Assembly: GCA_030704615.1 (NCBI GenBank)
Contig: CM060733.1
Span: 14,632,001 to 14,696,000 of the forward strand
Length of the DNA stretch: 64,000 nucleotides
Direction: 5' to 3'
Origin: Takakia lepidozioides
Taxonomy: Eukaryota; Plantae; Bryophyta
Numbering within the stretch: the first letter of the stretch is position 1; each line of letters starts with the position of its first letter. Position numbers and translations under genes: made by a program. The notes below the pieces were generated by a model. It made no database searches. It worked only from the letters and a program-made list of their open reading frames with translations, and had not been told where the DNA came from. Shown here piece by piece: positions 47,380-59,037 of the stretch.

Positions 47380-50300
47380 ATGAGTGATGAAAGAGAAGCT
47401 AGACGACAGAGATATTCATCAAAAAGAGAAAGCTATCTGAAAGCTAATTATCCATATCTTTGGGAGAGAGGAATAGACATAGGGGAATCATCTGGACCTC
47501 TCACACCATCAAGATCAAAAAGTGCATCACCTATACCGGAAGAACTAGAGTTGGATGCCACTCCTTCTGTTTCTTTGCAAGAAAGATTAAGGGAATTGGT
47601 ACAGGAAGAAGATCAATCACGAGGTGAAAGATCTGAGGTACATCCTTGGATAAAAGACTTGACAGAAATCTTTGATAAGAGTTGGCATGGAACACCAAAA
47701 GCAGGAACTCCAGTTTCTGAAGCAGAAGATGAAGAAGGAGAAGAGGATGTGGCAGAGCCAACGGAGAGTTCAGACTCTCCAACACCATTACAGTTGAGTT
47801 ACATGAGTGAAGAAGAAACCCAAGGGCAGAACTTGGAGGATGAAAACAGAGAGAAGAAATTAGAAGAGGAAGAATATGAAGAAGTAGACCCAACAGCTGA
47901 GGTTGAGACTACAACCAGGACATCCCAACCCGTTGGACCTGGATCAAGTGGAGCACTTGGATCACAGGCCAACGAAGGTGTCGGCTCAGGGGGATCAGGC
48001 GGGCTGCCTGGATCTGGCTCTGGGGGACAGGGAGTGTGGGAAGTAGTGCAACTGAAGCTGGGAATACTGTGAATATCGTGGGGCCAGAAGCAAGGAGTGC
48101 TCAAGGGCCACCACTTGGTGGAAGATCCACCACAAAAACAACAGGTCCAGAAGGACCAGCACCAGCAAGGGTGCCAGCACCTGTCAGTGGGCAGAAGGTA
48201 GGGCCACAGATGGCGTTACAACCAACACGGGCAAAACCACCCTTTCCAATATATTCAGGAAAAGGGGATCCCGATGTACACATTAGCCAATTTGAGCACA
48301 TGTGTATAGTGAACAATGAGAATGGCGATGATGCCAAGATGAGACTGTTTCCTTGTTCACTTATCAAGAAAGCAAGTGAATGGTATGCAAGATTCCCTGA
48401 TAATCATTTCCTAACCTGGAATGGCTTGAATACAGCATTTCGAAATAGGTTCAGGACAAGTAAAACTGAGGATGAAGTGTATGGAAGTTTACAACAGCTG
48501 AAGCAGAAGAAGCATGAAACTGTTGAAGAGTATATGGAGAAGATGGAATTGATGATGAAAAAGCTGGCTGCAGTACCAGCGCCCGGTTTACAGAAGACTT
48601 GGTTTGTGAGTGGATTAAGACCAGAGTTGCAAAAGAAAGTGGATATGTTACCCCATAATACAGTGGAGGAGGCATTTGAAACTGCGAACAGAATTGAGCA
48701 ATTGGGAATGCTCAGGAGAGAGAAAAAGAAGATGAGGACTCTGAGGATGAGTCAGATGAAGAAGAAGAGCAAGAACTAAAAAGAAAGAGTAAGAGAAAGG
48801 AGAAGTTGAAGAGGGATAACTATGAAAAAAAATTGGAAGAAATCTTGAAGAAGTATGCCACAGAGGCTGCAACACATTGGAGGAAGGGTGTATGGTGTGC
48901 AAAGTGCCAGAATGAAGGCCATACCACCACAGAATGCCACATGGAGAAACACTGTACTATCTGTAAAATGGATAACCATTCTACTGAGAATTGTTACTAC
49001 AACAGAAGGACAGCTGCAAGAGAACCTAGGCAAGTAAGGGTGCATCAGGTGCAGCCCCAGCCAAGAAGAAACAATGATCAGGACCACTATGGTAGGTCTG
49101 GTGGTTATAACAATGGCATGGAAGGGAGAGGTAATTCAAGAGGGAATTACCAAGGAAATTCCAGAGGCAACTATCAGGGTAATCCAAGGGGGAATTACCA
49201 GCCCGGGAATCAGGATTATAGAAATAATCCAAGAACAGACCAAGGGCGAGGACCCAATGGTGAAGAGCTATGTTACTATTGTAATCAGCCAGGACATCGC
49301 AAGGCAGCCTGTTCATTCTGGATAAGACACCAGAATGAGATGAGAGCTCCTGTGAATGAGGGCCCAGTGGTGGCAGCTCACATGGTTAGGCCATGTGTTG
49401 TACCAGAAGTAAGTACAATGATAGTAACAAGAAGTAAAGCCAAACTAATACCTCCAGTAGAAGAGGAAGAAGATGAGAATGGAAGTGGCAATGATATGCC
49501 TGAAGATGAAGAGACTTGGAAAGATGAGAAGGAACTGCACAAGGAAGTGGCAGATACTATAAGGGAAATGCAAAAGAGTACTGATATTCCTGTGGCAGAT
49601 TCCTCTGATTCGGATGGAGAAAAAGAAGGGAGTGAGGAAGAAAGGAAAAAAAAAGATGCAGACATGCAAAGTAATGAAGAGACTTTGGCTGCAGTAATAT
49701 GTCAGACCAAAGCAGAAATTACCATTGGACAGCTATTAGCTGTGGCACCTTATTGTAGGCACAGGCTGTATCAGGCAATCAATCGAATTGCCCAAGAGAC
49801 AGGAAACACAGACCTGAACAGCAAGGTGACCAGTTATAATGTGAAGCCGGAAGGGCGAGAACCAGTCATGGACTTTGATGATTCTATGCCAGTAATCCAA
49901 TTGAGAATTGGAAGCACAGAACTAACTGATGTACTGATAGATGGTGGTTCTGGAGTAAATATCATGACAGACCAATTAAGGAAGAAGCTTGGTCTAAGTA
50001 ACATGAAACCAGCCCCATTTACAGTAACAATGGCAGATCAAAGAAGTGTACAGCCATTGGGATTAATAAGAGGAGTTAAGATACAGATACAGAAAATGAT
50101 CTTTATGATCACAGTAACTGTATTAAAAATGGATGAAGTCATGGAGGCTTACTCCTTATTATTGGGACGTCCGTGGCTGAAACAGGCCAGGGTATTCCAT
50201 GACTGGAATTCTCAGTTACTAACTGTGCATAATGGGATGCACGAGATACAAATTACCACAAAGAAATCTAGTAGATTACCTGCTACAAGAAGACCTCGAG

Positions 50301-53300
50301 GAGTCAGAGAGTATGACTGGAGAGGAGGACTGGATGAGGAGCAGGAAGCTACCCTATTTGCTGCACACCCAGAGTGGGAGCAGGTTGCAGGAGATGCGGC
50401 TGGAAAGCCTAAGTTGTTTAAGAGGTATCTGCTGTGGTGTAGTGACGCAACACCAATTGAAGAGGAAACCAGCAGTTACCCACCACATTTCTATGAAGAA
50501 AAGGAGGGAGAGATAGAAATCCTAGAAGAACCAGCCACTGTGAGCTTAAAGGATGAAGTGGTGACTGGTTGGACAATCACAGCTGATGAGCAGGTGAGAG
50601 AAGTAAATGTGGGAACTCAGGAGGAACCGAGAATGGTGAAAGTAGGAGCTGATTTGGAGCCGGAATTCTTCGAAGAAGCTAAAAGCTTGTTCATCAAATA
50701 CAGAGATGTATTTGCTTGGAGCTATGAGGATCTAAAAGGGATACCACCTGAAGTCTGTCAGCATAAGATTGAACTGGAACCAGGGTCAGTACCAATCAAG
50801 CAGGCGAGGTATAGAATGAATCCCAACTACGCACAGAAGGTTGGAGAAGAGATAAAGAAGTTGGCTGAGGCTAAGTTTATATACCCAATAGAGTATACAA
50901 CTTGGTTGTCACCCATTGTTATAGTTCCCAAGAAGAATGGCAAACTAAGAGTATGTGTGAACTATAAGAAGCTGAATGCTTGTACGAAGAAAGATCCTTT
51001 CCCTTTGCCATTCACAGAAGCAGTATTAGACACTGTGGCAGGCCATGAGATGTACTCATTCATGGATGGCTTCAGTGGTTATAATCAAGTGCAAGTGGCA
51101 GAAGAAGACCAAGGGAAAACAGCTTTCATCACAGACTGGGGGGCTTATGCATACAAAGTCATGCCCTTTGGACTTTGTAATGCACCAGCGACCTTTCAGA
51201 GAGTGATAAGTGAATCTTTTCATGAGTATCTGGATGATTTCATGCAGGTGTTTTTGGATGATTTCAGTGTGTACAGCTCTAAGAATGAGCACTTGCATAA
51301 ATTGGAGTTATGCCTGGCCAGATGCAGGATGAGAGGTCTGGGCTTGAATCCAGAGAAGTGTACTTTCTGTGTGAACTCAGGGGTGCTTCTGGGACACATT
51401 GTGTGTAAGAAGGGACTTCTTGTGGATCCCAGGAAGACAGAGTCCATTAAAGTCTCTCCACCACCAGTGAATGTTAAGAGTTTAAGGAGATTCCTTGGGC
51501 AAACCAGTTATTACAGAAGATTTGTCAAAAGGTATGCACAAATAGCAGCACCATTGAGCAAGCTTCTGAAGAAAGATGCAGTGTTTGCCTGGACAGCTGA
51601 ATGTCAACAGGCGTTTGAGGAACTTACACTGTCAGTAACAACTACACCTGTGCTGATTAACCCTCACTGGCATGTAGTATTTCATGTTCACTGCGATGCA
51701 TCAGGAGAAGCGTTGGGTGCGGTGTTAGCCCAGAATGTTACAGGGAATATAGATTCACCTGTGTACTATGCTAGCCGATTGATGAACAGTGCTGAGAGGA
51801 ACTATAGTACAACGGAAAGAGAAGCATTGGCAATGATTTATGCAGTCAAGAAATTCAGGCATTACCTATTGGGAAGAAAGTTTATGTTTTATGTGGATCA
51901 CCAGGCTCTGATATATCTGGTGAACAAACCTTTGATAAGTGGAAGGATAGCGAGGTGGTTAATAATCTTGCATGAGTTTGAGTTCGAGGTTATTTACAAG
52001 CCTGGCCGTTTGCATCTTGTGGCAGATCATTTGTCACGACTAACAACAGGAGAGGCCGCCACAGGAGTGGACGATCAGTTACCTGATGCGAGTTTATTTG
52101 TAATGGAGGTGCAAGGAAGTGCAGATGAATGGTTAGATTGGCAGTGGCCAATCAGATACTACCTTGCTCATGGTCAGTGCCCACCTAGTTATGGTAAGGA
52201 GCAGAGGAAGAGAATTGCTATCAAAGCTTTACCTTATACTATGGTAGGAAGCAGAATGTATAAGTTAGGACCTGATGGAGTACTAAAACGATGCTTGTAC
52301 CACCATGAAGTAAATAAAGTCTTGGAGGAAGTTCATAAAGGAGTGGCTGGAGGTCATTTTGGAGAAGAGACTACCAGTAGAAAGATACTACTCGCAGGAT
52401 ACTGGTGGCCTACTTTGTTCAAAGATGTACATGAGTATTGTCAGAAGTGTGATGAATGTCAGAGGCTAGGACCTTTGCAGAGATCTGGAAGAATGGCCTT
52501 GCATCCTACAATGCCTACGGAACCATTTCAGAAATGGGGACTAGACTTTGTTGGACCAATTAATCCACCATCCAAGAATACACGAAACAGGTACATAATT
52601 ACAGCCACTGATTATACTACAAAGTGGGTGGAAGCTAAAGCTTTGAGGGACAACACAGCCAAGTCCACAGCAAGGTTCCTGTACGAGAACATACTTACAC
52701 GATTTGGATGTCCCTTAGAATTTATCAGTGATCAAGGAAGTCACTTCATGAATGAGACCATTGAGTTGTTGACTAAAGAGTTTATGATTGTGCATAGAAA
52801 GAGTACAACATATTACCCACAGGGTAATGGGCAGGCAGAGGCTACCAACAAAATACTATGTACTATCTTGGCTAAGATAGTCAATGCAAACAGAACGGAT
52901 TGGGATACAAAGCTGCTGACAGCTTTGTGGTCATACAGGACTTCATATAAAGTCACCACTAAGTATACACCATTCCAATTAGTTTATGGTATGGAAGCCT
53001 TACTTCCAGTGAATTCTGTTACCTACCATGAGAACGGAGTGGGGAAAAAGAATGGAATTGCAAGACTCCATCAAGGTCAGGAAACATGAATTATACCATG
53101 TGGAAGAAGTACGTGCTGATGCAGCTGATAATATGACAAGAATTCAGATGAAGCGAAAGGAACAGTTTGATGAAGGAAAATTAAAGACTTTTAAGACGGG
53201 GGATTTGGTTCTATGGTTGCAGAAGAAAGGAAAGATTCAAGCTTCTAAGCTCAAATCACCGTGGAAAGGACCTTATGTCATACAAAAGATGTATGATAAC

Positions 53301-53500
53301 AACACCGCCATGTTACAAACCATTAACAAAGAAATGCTGGGAAGAGTGAATGCAAATAAGTTGAAGGGGTACAGTGGTATCCATGACAAACCCCTGCAGA
53401 ATGATTTGCATGTTGAACCGCAAGAGCAGTCACGGGCTGCACCAGTGTTACGAACGGAGTATGGAACACTTGTCGCTAGGCCCAGCATATATGACCAGGG
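47380..53500 (+). CDS. Gag-Pol polyprotein (gag with three CCHC knuckles, protease, RT, RNase H, integrase), with a few frameshifts
   Basis: YSGKGDPDVHISQF; knuckles CAKCQNEGHTTTEC, CTICKMDNHSTENC and CYYCNQPGHRKAAC; LIDGGSGVN; VFLDDFSV; CDASG; WGLDFVGP, ISDQGSHF, GQAEATNK; WKGPY. Confidence 0.95.
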
Positions 53501-53514
53501 TGGGCAAAACAAAC

Positions 53515-53700
53515 GTGACACAGCCTATCACAGCCCATCACGGCGTGACACAGCCTATCACAGCCTACCACAGCGTGTCACAGCCTATCACAGCTTACCA
53601 CAGCGCATCACAGCCTATCACAGCTTACCACAGGGCATCACAGCCTATCACAGCGAAACAAAGTATGACACAGCCTGTCACAGCTCAACACAGCCTACTA
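53515..53700 (+). repeat. 30-bp/10-bp tandem repeat (CAGCCTATCA-type) after the integrase
   Basis: Repeated CAGCCTATCACAGC(C/T)TACCACAG; also present in copy A at ~34610-34790. Confidence 0.85.
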
Positions 53701-54415
53701 AAGTTACACGATCCATAGAATCAGTGACAAGTGGACACATAAAAACTTCAGGAAAATGGCTGAAGGAAGAAGAAACGGAAATTAATTTAAAAATAGACAC
53801 GTGGAGGTCAGGGTGCGACACACAGCAGAGAATGAAGTGCAAGGACAGGTGTCAAAAAGAAAGAGGACAAGAACGGCCGTCAAATGGGATGAAAGGCGGG
53901 CCCATTAATGAATACGGAAAAAGGGAAACGGAACGAACGGCAAGTACAGAAAAGCCGAATTCATGTCGCATGTGTGATCCTAGTGGACTATCCAACAGGG
54001 AAAGTCCACTAAAGAAGATAAAAGTTAAAATCCAGTCACAGCAGATACAGCCAATAGAAAACCAGAGAAATGATCAAGAAAATGGAGGGAAATTGAGCGC
54101 AAGAGGCGGCGTCGTTCTGAGTAACGGGCGTCTCGACAGGACAGCCCATAAATGCTATAACTTGGAAACTATGGAGGAACTAACAGACTATACGCTCGCA
54201 ATATTACTTACGCAGTGGCATAGACACGAAACGACAGAGCAGAGCTTTTCTCTTGAGCAATGCTTGCAAGCCCCGCAGGCTTACAAGAGATTACCCATAG
54301 CTTTCTGCGGCAACCATACGTTTATGCTTTGTGCACTACAGGCATTCCTGCAGTTGTTACAGCCAAAGCAGTTCTGTGAGTCTAAGATGAAGAGAGTGAG
54401 AGGAATGGAATCAGG

Positions 54416-57400
54416 GTGAAGAGCACCACAATTCTGCAGAAACAAACGATGGCTACCCCACAGGCGATAAAGATACTGGAGGAGCTGAGATTGGAAGGAT
54501 TGCAAAGCCTAGATTGGACACTACACCATAGACAGTACATGTTACAATTTTTGCAGAACTTTGAGCCAAGGACAGGAACAACAACGGTGAAGGGAGTTGA
54601 ATTAATGCTTACTCCCCTATACCTCCAGCAATTGTTTCGATTGCCAGCAGGTCATGTGCATGTGGGGGAACACAGGGCAAGACTGCAAATAGGGGACTTA
54701 TTCCAAGAAGGGAGTTTCTTTAAAACTCAGGGTTATGCTTGTACCAAAGCTGTGTACCCAGGGTTAAAAGAGATAGGCCAGGTATTGAACGTTCTGTTTG
54801 CCCTGAAACAGAACCAACAATATTTGAGCAGATCCTTCACAGAGGAAATACTCAAAGGCCTGAAGGGACAAGAGGTACAATGGGCGGACATAATGTACAA
54901 CGCACTAGTAGAGGAGATGAAAAGATTACAAGGTACTACCGCAAAGTCTCCTATCATTGTGTCTGGCCCAATCATTGCTCAAATAATCCTTAATTCTGGC
55001 ATACTTAATGCACAAGAAAGGAAGGAAATGGGAGTGTTTGAGCCAGAAACAACTGCAATGGAAGAGCAAGGCTCTTCACACAGTGAGGGTGGACTAGCAG
55101 CACAACCCGAGACTAAGAGGCAGAGAAGGGGAAAGACTGTAGTGGCGGATCCACTGGCTTCACGGATTCCGCATGATAATGTTTCCCAAGCTCATGACCA
55201 GGAAGGGGCACAGCAGCACAAAAATGTTATTACTGGAAGCAGGACCTTCAGAGAGGGAGGAGGAAGTTACTTCTGCATCACAGCCAACACAGCCACTTGA
55301 ACGACTTGTCACAAGGTCACAAGTTATCCATGCAGCTCAACCCGAAATAATTGATTTGGAAAGTGAAGGGATAGATATTCCAACTACAGAACAGATAGTG
55401 GCAGAAATAGAGAAAGGGGACCTTCTCTATGAATATTCTGGTCTGGTCAAGGAGACAGAAATCCCAGAGGTGCAACAGTTGCCCAAGGGAAATCTTGAGG
55501 TGCATATAATGCACACACCTGTGTCGGAGGTACCACAGGCGGAAGGTCATGACACTGTAACACCAGTCATAAATGAAGTAGTTCAGGAAGAAAATCCGGT
55601 GGGACAATGGCCTGAATGGTTAGTGAGACATCATACTGTTGAAGATCAGGAGGAACAGCAGCAACCTCACCATGATGACCCTCAACAGGCAATGCTGATG
55701 AGTTCCATAGGCAGGACACTTAATTTGTTGGGGACTTATGTCAAATCCCATGTTCCAATTACCCAATTGACAGCCTTGAAAGAGGAACTCAGGAAGGAGT
55801 TTGAGGCTCGACTTGCCACTGAGTGTGCAAACAAGGTCGATGAAGAGGTCACTCTCAAGATGAAGCAGGACTTGGGCAATACAGAAATGGCTTTGCAGTT
55901 GGCCAAGCAACAATTGATTGAGGCAGGCCTCGCGCAAGACCAGTTGCACGAAGCACATAAGCAACAGCTATACCAAATGCAAGTGCAGCATGAGAGCAAG
56001 TTGCAAGAACTGAATGCACTACATACGGAGTTGCAGACAGTGCATAACAGGATGGCGATACAATGTGCTACATTTACAACTATGCTTGACCAATCAACAA
56101 AAGAAATAAACAGTCAAGCGGAAAAATGTACGAAGGCAGAAGAAGAGAATGTTGAGCAAATGAAGCTCATTGTCGATATGAAGAATACAATCTGTCGCCA
56201 TGAAGATACTTTCAAGCAATACAGGCAGAGGGAAGCTGATCAAGAGAAACACATCGTGGAGTTGCAACAAACCATCGTGGCCAATAGAAATGAAATCGCG
56301 GTCGTAACAAGGCTTCGAAGGAAGCCAATAATCTACTTGCTGCCTATGCGCAATTGGTTGAGCCACAGGCAAGCGCATGGAGGCTTTACAACAGCAGTTG
56401 GAATTGTACAAGCTAAGAGAGGAGCAAACTCTCAGGGGAACCACAAGCAGCTTGGTGGATAACAGCCTTATGCAGGTCTGGTTAGCACAAGGGCCAGTAG
56501 AGGGCAAAAGCCCACGGAAGCTCACCCAAAGCGAGATGAATGAGCTCAGACTGCAGGTGCAGAACATTGCCACAACTACTATAGACAATGTCTATAGTAG
56601 GATAGCAGAGTTACAAGAGGATGTAGACGGACTCCAGACTCAAGTGGAAGACCTCACTTCAAACATCGACCAAAGAGTCTATATCCCTCAGGAACAGCTA
56701 ATGGCTTCTTATTTGCAAGCCAGAACTCTGGCTTTTCAGTCTTCACAGGAGGTGCAGGAGATGCCAATGATACAGGAGCCAGTACCACCACCACCACAAC
56801 AGGTCAGTGTACCAGTAGCTGAACCTGTGGTTACTACAACCACACCACAGCCACCACAGCCGGAGGTATGGGGCAATGCCGCTTTTAACCCACCTAAAAC
56901 TCCAGCTGCAAGGGAGTACAGCAGGGCTATGCTTATGCCCTTCAACCAAATTCCCATCATGTTGGATTTGGCTTGGAAAGAATTTAGTCCTCCGCAGTCA
57001 TTTGCACATTACTACCAAATCATGCGTATTTGGCTGCCAGTGGCAACTAGGACTAAAGTTCTTCCAAACAATCGACATATTGAAGATCATCACTTTGCAC
57101 AATACTGGCACGAGGCAGGTACCATGTTGAGGGAATTGGTTGCTTTCCAGGTTGTACATGGACTCATTTATACCAAGACCAAGGAGATAGCAAGTATTGT
57201 CATGGGGTGCGGGCTATACTACGCTGCTTGTTTTCTGGTACGTTACCACATTGAGCAACAAAAGATGCAAACACGCTTTCAAAGTTACTCCAGTGGAGAT
57301 CATTGGGTATTACCTTCGGTGCCACCTCATATGTACCTATATGACCCAAAAGTTATGATGCAGAAGGATTCTCAAATTCGTTCATGGTTTCAAGCAGCTT

Positions 57401-57930
57401 GCAACCATTTGTCAACACAGAAATTCGGACTTGATGACATTTTCTATAAAGGACATGTGGCATGGAAGTACTTGCACGCTGCACCAGTAATTGGTACCCC
57501 ACTCATCTGGACAGACAAGGAGCTCAGTGCCTACACCAATTTTGCTGTTCAGCGGTTACACCAAGTTGTAAAATACAAACTTCCAGACATGGTAGGACAG
57601 CATTGTATGCCCCAGATGATTCCGCAAAAAGTTCGAAAATTAAAACACCTGAGAGGCGATGAGGATTCTGATACAACTGTTTCTTCACAGAATTCTTTTG
57701 ACATGGGAGAAGACTATGCAATTCAGATGGAAGAGAAGAAACAAAGGGGATCTCCTATGCCGGAAAGATTACCTCGATATCAGCCTCCAGAAGGCCTCAC
57801 TTATCCAGGTAGTGATCAACCATCTCCATCAACCAGAGACAGACCTCGGGCTCGTACACACAGCCCACCACGAAACTATCAACGTCAACAAGGTGCTCAC
57901 TCACAAAGGTTTGCTACTCGAAAACAGTAA
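54416..57930 (+). CDS. Large 3' extra ORF of the LTR family (~1,150 aa after frameshift correction; coiled-coil middle), unknown function
   Basis: Overlapping ORFs 54416..55300, 55173..56462 and 56377..57930. Copy A is in frame across the ~56300-56380 break. The stop lies ~20 nt before the PPT. Confidence 0.75.
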
Positions 57931-57968
57931 ACCGTGAGGACACGGCTTTTTGAGAGGGGAAGGGGTAA

Positions 57969-59037
57969 TGTTAGAGGACTGTAGGGGACTTAGACACTTA
58001 TACGGGATCTGTAGGGTACCCTTAATTTTGCACAGACTGAGACCAACAGGAGCCTTAGGGGTGACAGCAGCGCACTGTAGAGGGGGTTACACAGTCGTCA
58101 TAGCCGACACAGCCCGTCACAGTCGTCACAGCCCACACAGCCGACACAGCCCGTCACAGCCGACACAGCCCACACAGCCCACACAGCCCACACAGCCAAC
58201 ACAGCCCGTCACAGCCGTCACAGTCGTCACAGCCCACACAGCCGACACAGCCCGTCACAGTCGTCACAGCAGACACAACCCACACAACCCGTCACAGTCG
58301 TCACAGCAGACACAGCCCACACAGCCAGTCACAGCCCGGCACAGCCACACAGCCAGTCACAGCCCGACACAGCCAAACACAGCCAGTCACCGCTTGACAC
58401 AGCTGTCACGATAATAGGAACGAATAGTAGGACAGGGAACGACTGTGGGGAACAACACCTGTGAAGGGAACATGTTAGTTCACAGACGACGGTTAGAGAG
58501 GGAAACGGTTAGAACCGCGGATAGGAGGATAAAGGGAGAAACGGGGAATGAAGGGATGATCATTATTTGGGGGAGGACTTCTGAGTGAGGCTGGAGCGGA
58601 GATCGGAGGCAAGAGATGGAGAGCACGGTGAAGGAGAAAAGAGGATTAGTAGATGCTTGTTATATGCAAAGCTGTAGTGATATTGGAGAGCAGATTAGAG
58701 ACATAATGGCTTCGGCCTGATACCTGATAAATCATAATCTGATACTTATAAGATACAATCACACTGTGTAGAGAGATCTGAGAGAAGCTGTGGATTGAAT
58801 GGATGAGTGAAGGAAACCGATAGATTGATGAAGCAAACTGATACTTAATTATCAATGGTAAGGTAGCTAAGATGAATGCGGAAAGGGAAACAAATAGGAA
58901 ACACCCCCATGATACACTAGCTGTAGGTCATGACTGATTGTTCTGCGCGGGCTGAGTACTTAGAGATTTCCAACTCTTCTATCTTGGAGTTTCCGCCTCG
59001 GATAGCGAAGGGATGGGTGAGTAAAAGCCGCGCGACA
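57969..59037 (+). repeat. 3' LTR of copy B (1069 bp)
   Basis: TGTTAGAGG...CGCGACA, followed by the TSD. Confidence 0.95.

Larger units (their letters stand above)
45791..59037 (+). mobile_element. Full-length Ty3/gypsy (non-chromovirus) LTR retrotransposon, copy B
   Basis: LTRs at 45791-46770 and 57969-59037. TSD TACAT at 45786-45790 and 59038-59042. PBS at 46773-46790, PPT GAGAGGGGAAGGGG at 57952-57965. Inserted in intron 2 of the ParB-MTase gene. Confidence 0.98.

Noticed and set aside
54416-57930. Calling the 3' extra ORF an env gene
   Set aside because: No signal peptide or convincing transmembrane anchor is visible, so the function is left unknown.
57950-58414. His/Ser/Gln/Thr-rich ORFs in the LTRs (also 42141..42518 and 30310..30552)
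   Set aside because: They are translations of the ACAGC microsatellite, and their length and frame vary among the four LTRs.
29577-59037. 13-kb inverted repeat as a segmental inverted duplication or assembly fold-back
   Set aside because: Each arm is a complete LTR element with its own TSD and copy-specific LTR variants, and the flanking gene reads through both insertion sites.
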